DNA of 64,000 bases from Bdellovibrionales bacterium (GTDB taxonomy: Bacteria > Bdellovibrionota > Bdellovibrionia > Bdellovibrionales > UBA1609). Position numbers and translations under genes: made by a program. Positions within the stretch are counted from its first letter, which is position 1. Every line of letters begins with the position of its first letter. The DNA lies in assembly GCA_019637855.1 (NCBI GenBank), contig JAHBUX010000002.1, positions 194,806 through 258,805 on the forward strand, given 5' to 3'. This document shows, piece by piece, positions 62,320-64,000 of this stretch. Below the pieces are notes generated by a model that was not told the origin of the DNA, did not search any database, and saw only the letters and a program-made list of their open reading frames with translations.

Positions 62320-63168
62320 TCAAAACGAATACCCCACTTTGAACTGAGCGATGCGGCGATGTTCGTCGATGTACCACAGGCTCACGCTGCCATCGTCGGT
62401 AAAGCCGCCGTTATCATAGGCCAAAGCAAAACTAAAAGAATTCCATGTTTGCGAGATCATGATCGTATTGTTGTAAGCGTATTTGCTGCTGGCATCCAAA
62501 GCGCGCGTCAGTTTCAGGCCGAATGAATACGAGAGTTTGAAGGTACGATACAGGCGAACGCTGTGGCTCATCTTGTAGGTGTAGAACATATCCGGGTTGG
62601 AATTTTGCCCGAGGCTGTAGTCATAGGTGTTGAGCAATTCCGAGATATCCAAAACCTGGCTGATCACATAGCGTTTTTTAAAGAAACCGAGCGACAGAGC
62701 CGCGCCGAAACCCACAATACCTTTGTAGCCTTCCATGCGACTGGGTTCGTCCCATAGAGGTTCGCCATGCACGAACGTGGTGTAAGAGTGAGTGTCGGCA
62801 AAGCGCTTTTCGTAGTCTAGTTCGATGGCGGTGCTCGGATTCAAAACCTCGGCATGGGTCTCTTCAGGATTTTTCTCGACCTGGCCATTGACGGTGTCCA
62901 TACGCAAGGCCACGTCGCCGGTCATGCTCCAATTCTCATTGAACTCATAGCGGGCGCCGCCGCCCAAAGCTTGCACGAACACTCGGGGCTGCTCGGATTG
63001 CGCATAGTCGGAGGCCACGTTGTAGCGCAAGTATCCGGACCAACGATTCTCTTCACTCTCTGCCCACTTGGGCAAAGCGGTGCGCGTGCGCAGAACCTGC
63101 GCCTCTGAGAGGGGCGCGAGGCTCATGCTCAGCAGGCTAAAGAGAATCAGGCCGGAAAGATGGTTCAT
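62320..63168 (-). CDS. Outer-membrane beta-barrel protein (282 aa)
   Basis: Signal peptide (LILFSLLSMSLAPLSEA). Alternating strand pattern. C-terminal ...AQFKVGYSF. The ATGA start overlaps the upstream gene's stop. Confidence 0.65.
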   Translation of the reverse strand: MNHLSGLILFSLLSMSLAPLSEAQVLRTRTALPKWAESEENRWSGYLRYNVASDYAQSEQPRVFVQALGGGARYEFNENWSMTGDVALRMDTVNGQVEKNPEETHAEVLNPSTAIELDYEKRFADTHSYTTFVHGEPLWDEPSRMEGYKGIVGFGAALSLGFFKKRYVISQVLDISELLNTYDYSLGQNSNPDMFYTYKMSHSVRLYRTFKLSYSFGLKLTRALDASSKYAYNNTIMISQTWNSFSFALAYDNGGFTDDGSVSLWYIDEHRRIAQFKVGYSF

Positions 63169-64000
63169 GGAACCTTCACCTTCTCCTGCGTTTTATAGAG
63201 ATTGCCGGTCTGCTGCGTGAACTGCTCGATCAAGATGCGAATGTCGGTCACCTTTTGGTAGTCGACCAGGTTGCCGCGGCCGCGATACCACAAATAGGCG
63301 CTGCCATTTTCTATATAAAACGGCTGAGCCAGTCGAGCATCGAGGCGAGTGGCATCGCCAACGGTCTGCTCCAGCTGATGAATGTAGCTGAAGAGATCGG
63401 CGACTCGTTGCAGGCGCAGGTGGGCGCTCTGGCCATAGATGGCAGTCACGGTTGTCGGCACAGCATTGGACGGTTGGAACACAAACGCTTGCATGCTGTT
63501 AAAGCCTTTGGCGAAGTCGAGTGCCTCTTTCACTGGCCCCGCATCTTTCATATTCAGCACGCCCAACTGGTTCATGCTGTTCATGAGGAAATAGAACAAG
63601 GGCTCGACGGTCTGACCGTCTCTTTGAAAAATGCGATCCAAGAAGAAAGCCTTCGGGTAGCGACCTTCGATACCGAAATCACGCGCGTTGACTTGATCAA
63701 GGGCATCCATCGAGTAGCTGGCGGTGATCTTCACATAGGCATCGACCACATCTTCTTTGCTCACTTCATAGGATTTTCCGTCCGAGCCGATGACAGAACC
63801 CATGAGGTAAACCTCTTGCAGGGCTTCGAGGTATTTCTCCAGGCCCTTGTCTTGGCTGCGTTGGCCTTGCCATTCGACGAACGATCCAACCTTCGCATTG
63901 AGCAAAACTATCCCTTGACGGATAAAGTCTTCGCGATCGGCCTCGCTGGTTCCACGCATGTAGATCGGAGCGGTGAGACCACGGCCGACCATATCGTCGC
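63165..64000 (-). CDS. Hypothetical protein, C-terminal part (ORF open to the right window edge)
   Basis: There is no stop between the ATG at 63992 and the window end, so the true start is probably outside the window. No motif recognised. First gene of the beta-barrel / giant-lipoprotein operon. Confidence 0.6.
   Translation of the reverse strand, partial: DDMVGRGLTAPIYMRGTSEADREDFIRQGIVLLNAKVGSFVEWQGQRSQDKGLEKYLEALQEVYLMGSVIGSDGKSYEVSKEDVVDAYVKITASYSMDALDQVNARDFGIEGRYPKAFFLDRIFQRDGQTVEPLFYFLMNSMNQLGVLNMKDAGPVKEALDFAKGFNSMQAFVFQPSNAVPTTVTAIYGQSAHLRLQRVADLFSYIHQLEQTVGDATRLDARLAQPFYIENGSAYLWYRGRGNLVDYQKVTDIRILIEQFTQQTGNLYKTQEKVKVP

Noticed and set aside
1-64000. Searched by eye for rRNA, tRNA, tmRNA (because smpB is present), transposase, integrase or phage genes, toxin-antitoxin pairs and canonical defence genes
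   Set aside because: None was recognised. Only computational scans (tRNAscan-SE, Infernal, ISfinder-type and DefenseFinder-type HMMs) can confirm their absence.

Overview
This is a dense 64-kb chromosomal window, mostly housekeeping, from a moderately GC-rich Gram-negative bacterium. GC was judged by eye, not computed. The gene content (many lipoproteins, PBP4/DacB, AGPIY-type HAMP-like module, sigma-54/sigma-28-like flagellar promoters) is reminiscent of Bdellovibrio-like or deltaproteobacterial lineages, but that is inference only. I count about 70 protein-coding genes. I recognise no rRNA, tRNA, CRISPR array, transposase, integrase or phage gene.

Gene order, left to right:
1. fliD (3' end), fliS and a small chaperone-like gene. 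These are followed by a translationally coupled accessory operon: TPR protein, small Rossmann-like protein, two unusually long GT9 glycosyltransferases with a micro-ORF between them, PAS histidine kinase, CheY-like receiver, degenerate PilZ-like protein, then rsmD.
2. S41 protease, coaD, class-I aminotransferase, a membrane-anchored coiled-coil protein, and a YpfJ-like Zn peptidase.
3. A tail-less ssb paralog, pal-lipoprotein-cpoB, tsaD-rsmA-smpB, an 11-residue-repeat lipoprotein, and proB-proA.
4. A 21-nt tandem-repeat (heptad) protein, a DTW protein, an M3 peptidase, rluB, a Tat-PhoD-like phosphatase, a lipase-like hydrolase, and an OmpA-family lipoprotein.
5. motA-motB, a DnaQ-like exonuclease with an extra C-terminal domain, an LspA::HAMP-like fusion, REC-GGDEF, and an orphan family-5 solute-binding lipoprotein.
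6. dacB (PBP4) plus an SLT lytic transglycosylase, a 3-gene secreted/envelope operon, and a porin-like OMP.
7. hpt, tdk and bcp, interspersed with small low-GC ORFs and repeated hairpin elements.
8. A truncated dcw cluster (rsmH-ftsL-ftsI-murE-murF-mraY-murD, without mraZ or ftsW onward). It ends in an 89-nt near-perfect hairpin.
9. A convergent operon of a partial ORF, an OM beta-barrel and a 1092-aa orphan lipoprotein.

I see no textbook defence or mobile system. The most promising candidates for something undescribed are:
- the sigma-54-headed TPR/GT9/kinase/PilZ-like flagellar accessory operon (1187-8680);
- the orphan giant-lipoprotein/beta-barrel operon (59033-64000) behind the 89-nt hairpin;
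- the SBP / REC-GGDEF / LspA::HAMP-like cluster (36615-40007);
- the palindrome-flanked micro-genes around 46.6-49.1 kb.

All functional calls come from motif recognition by eye. None is backed by a database search.
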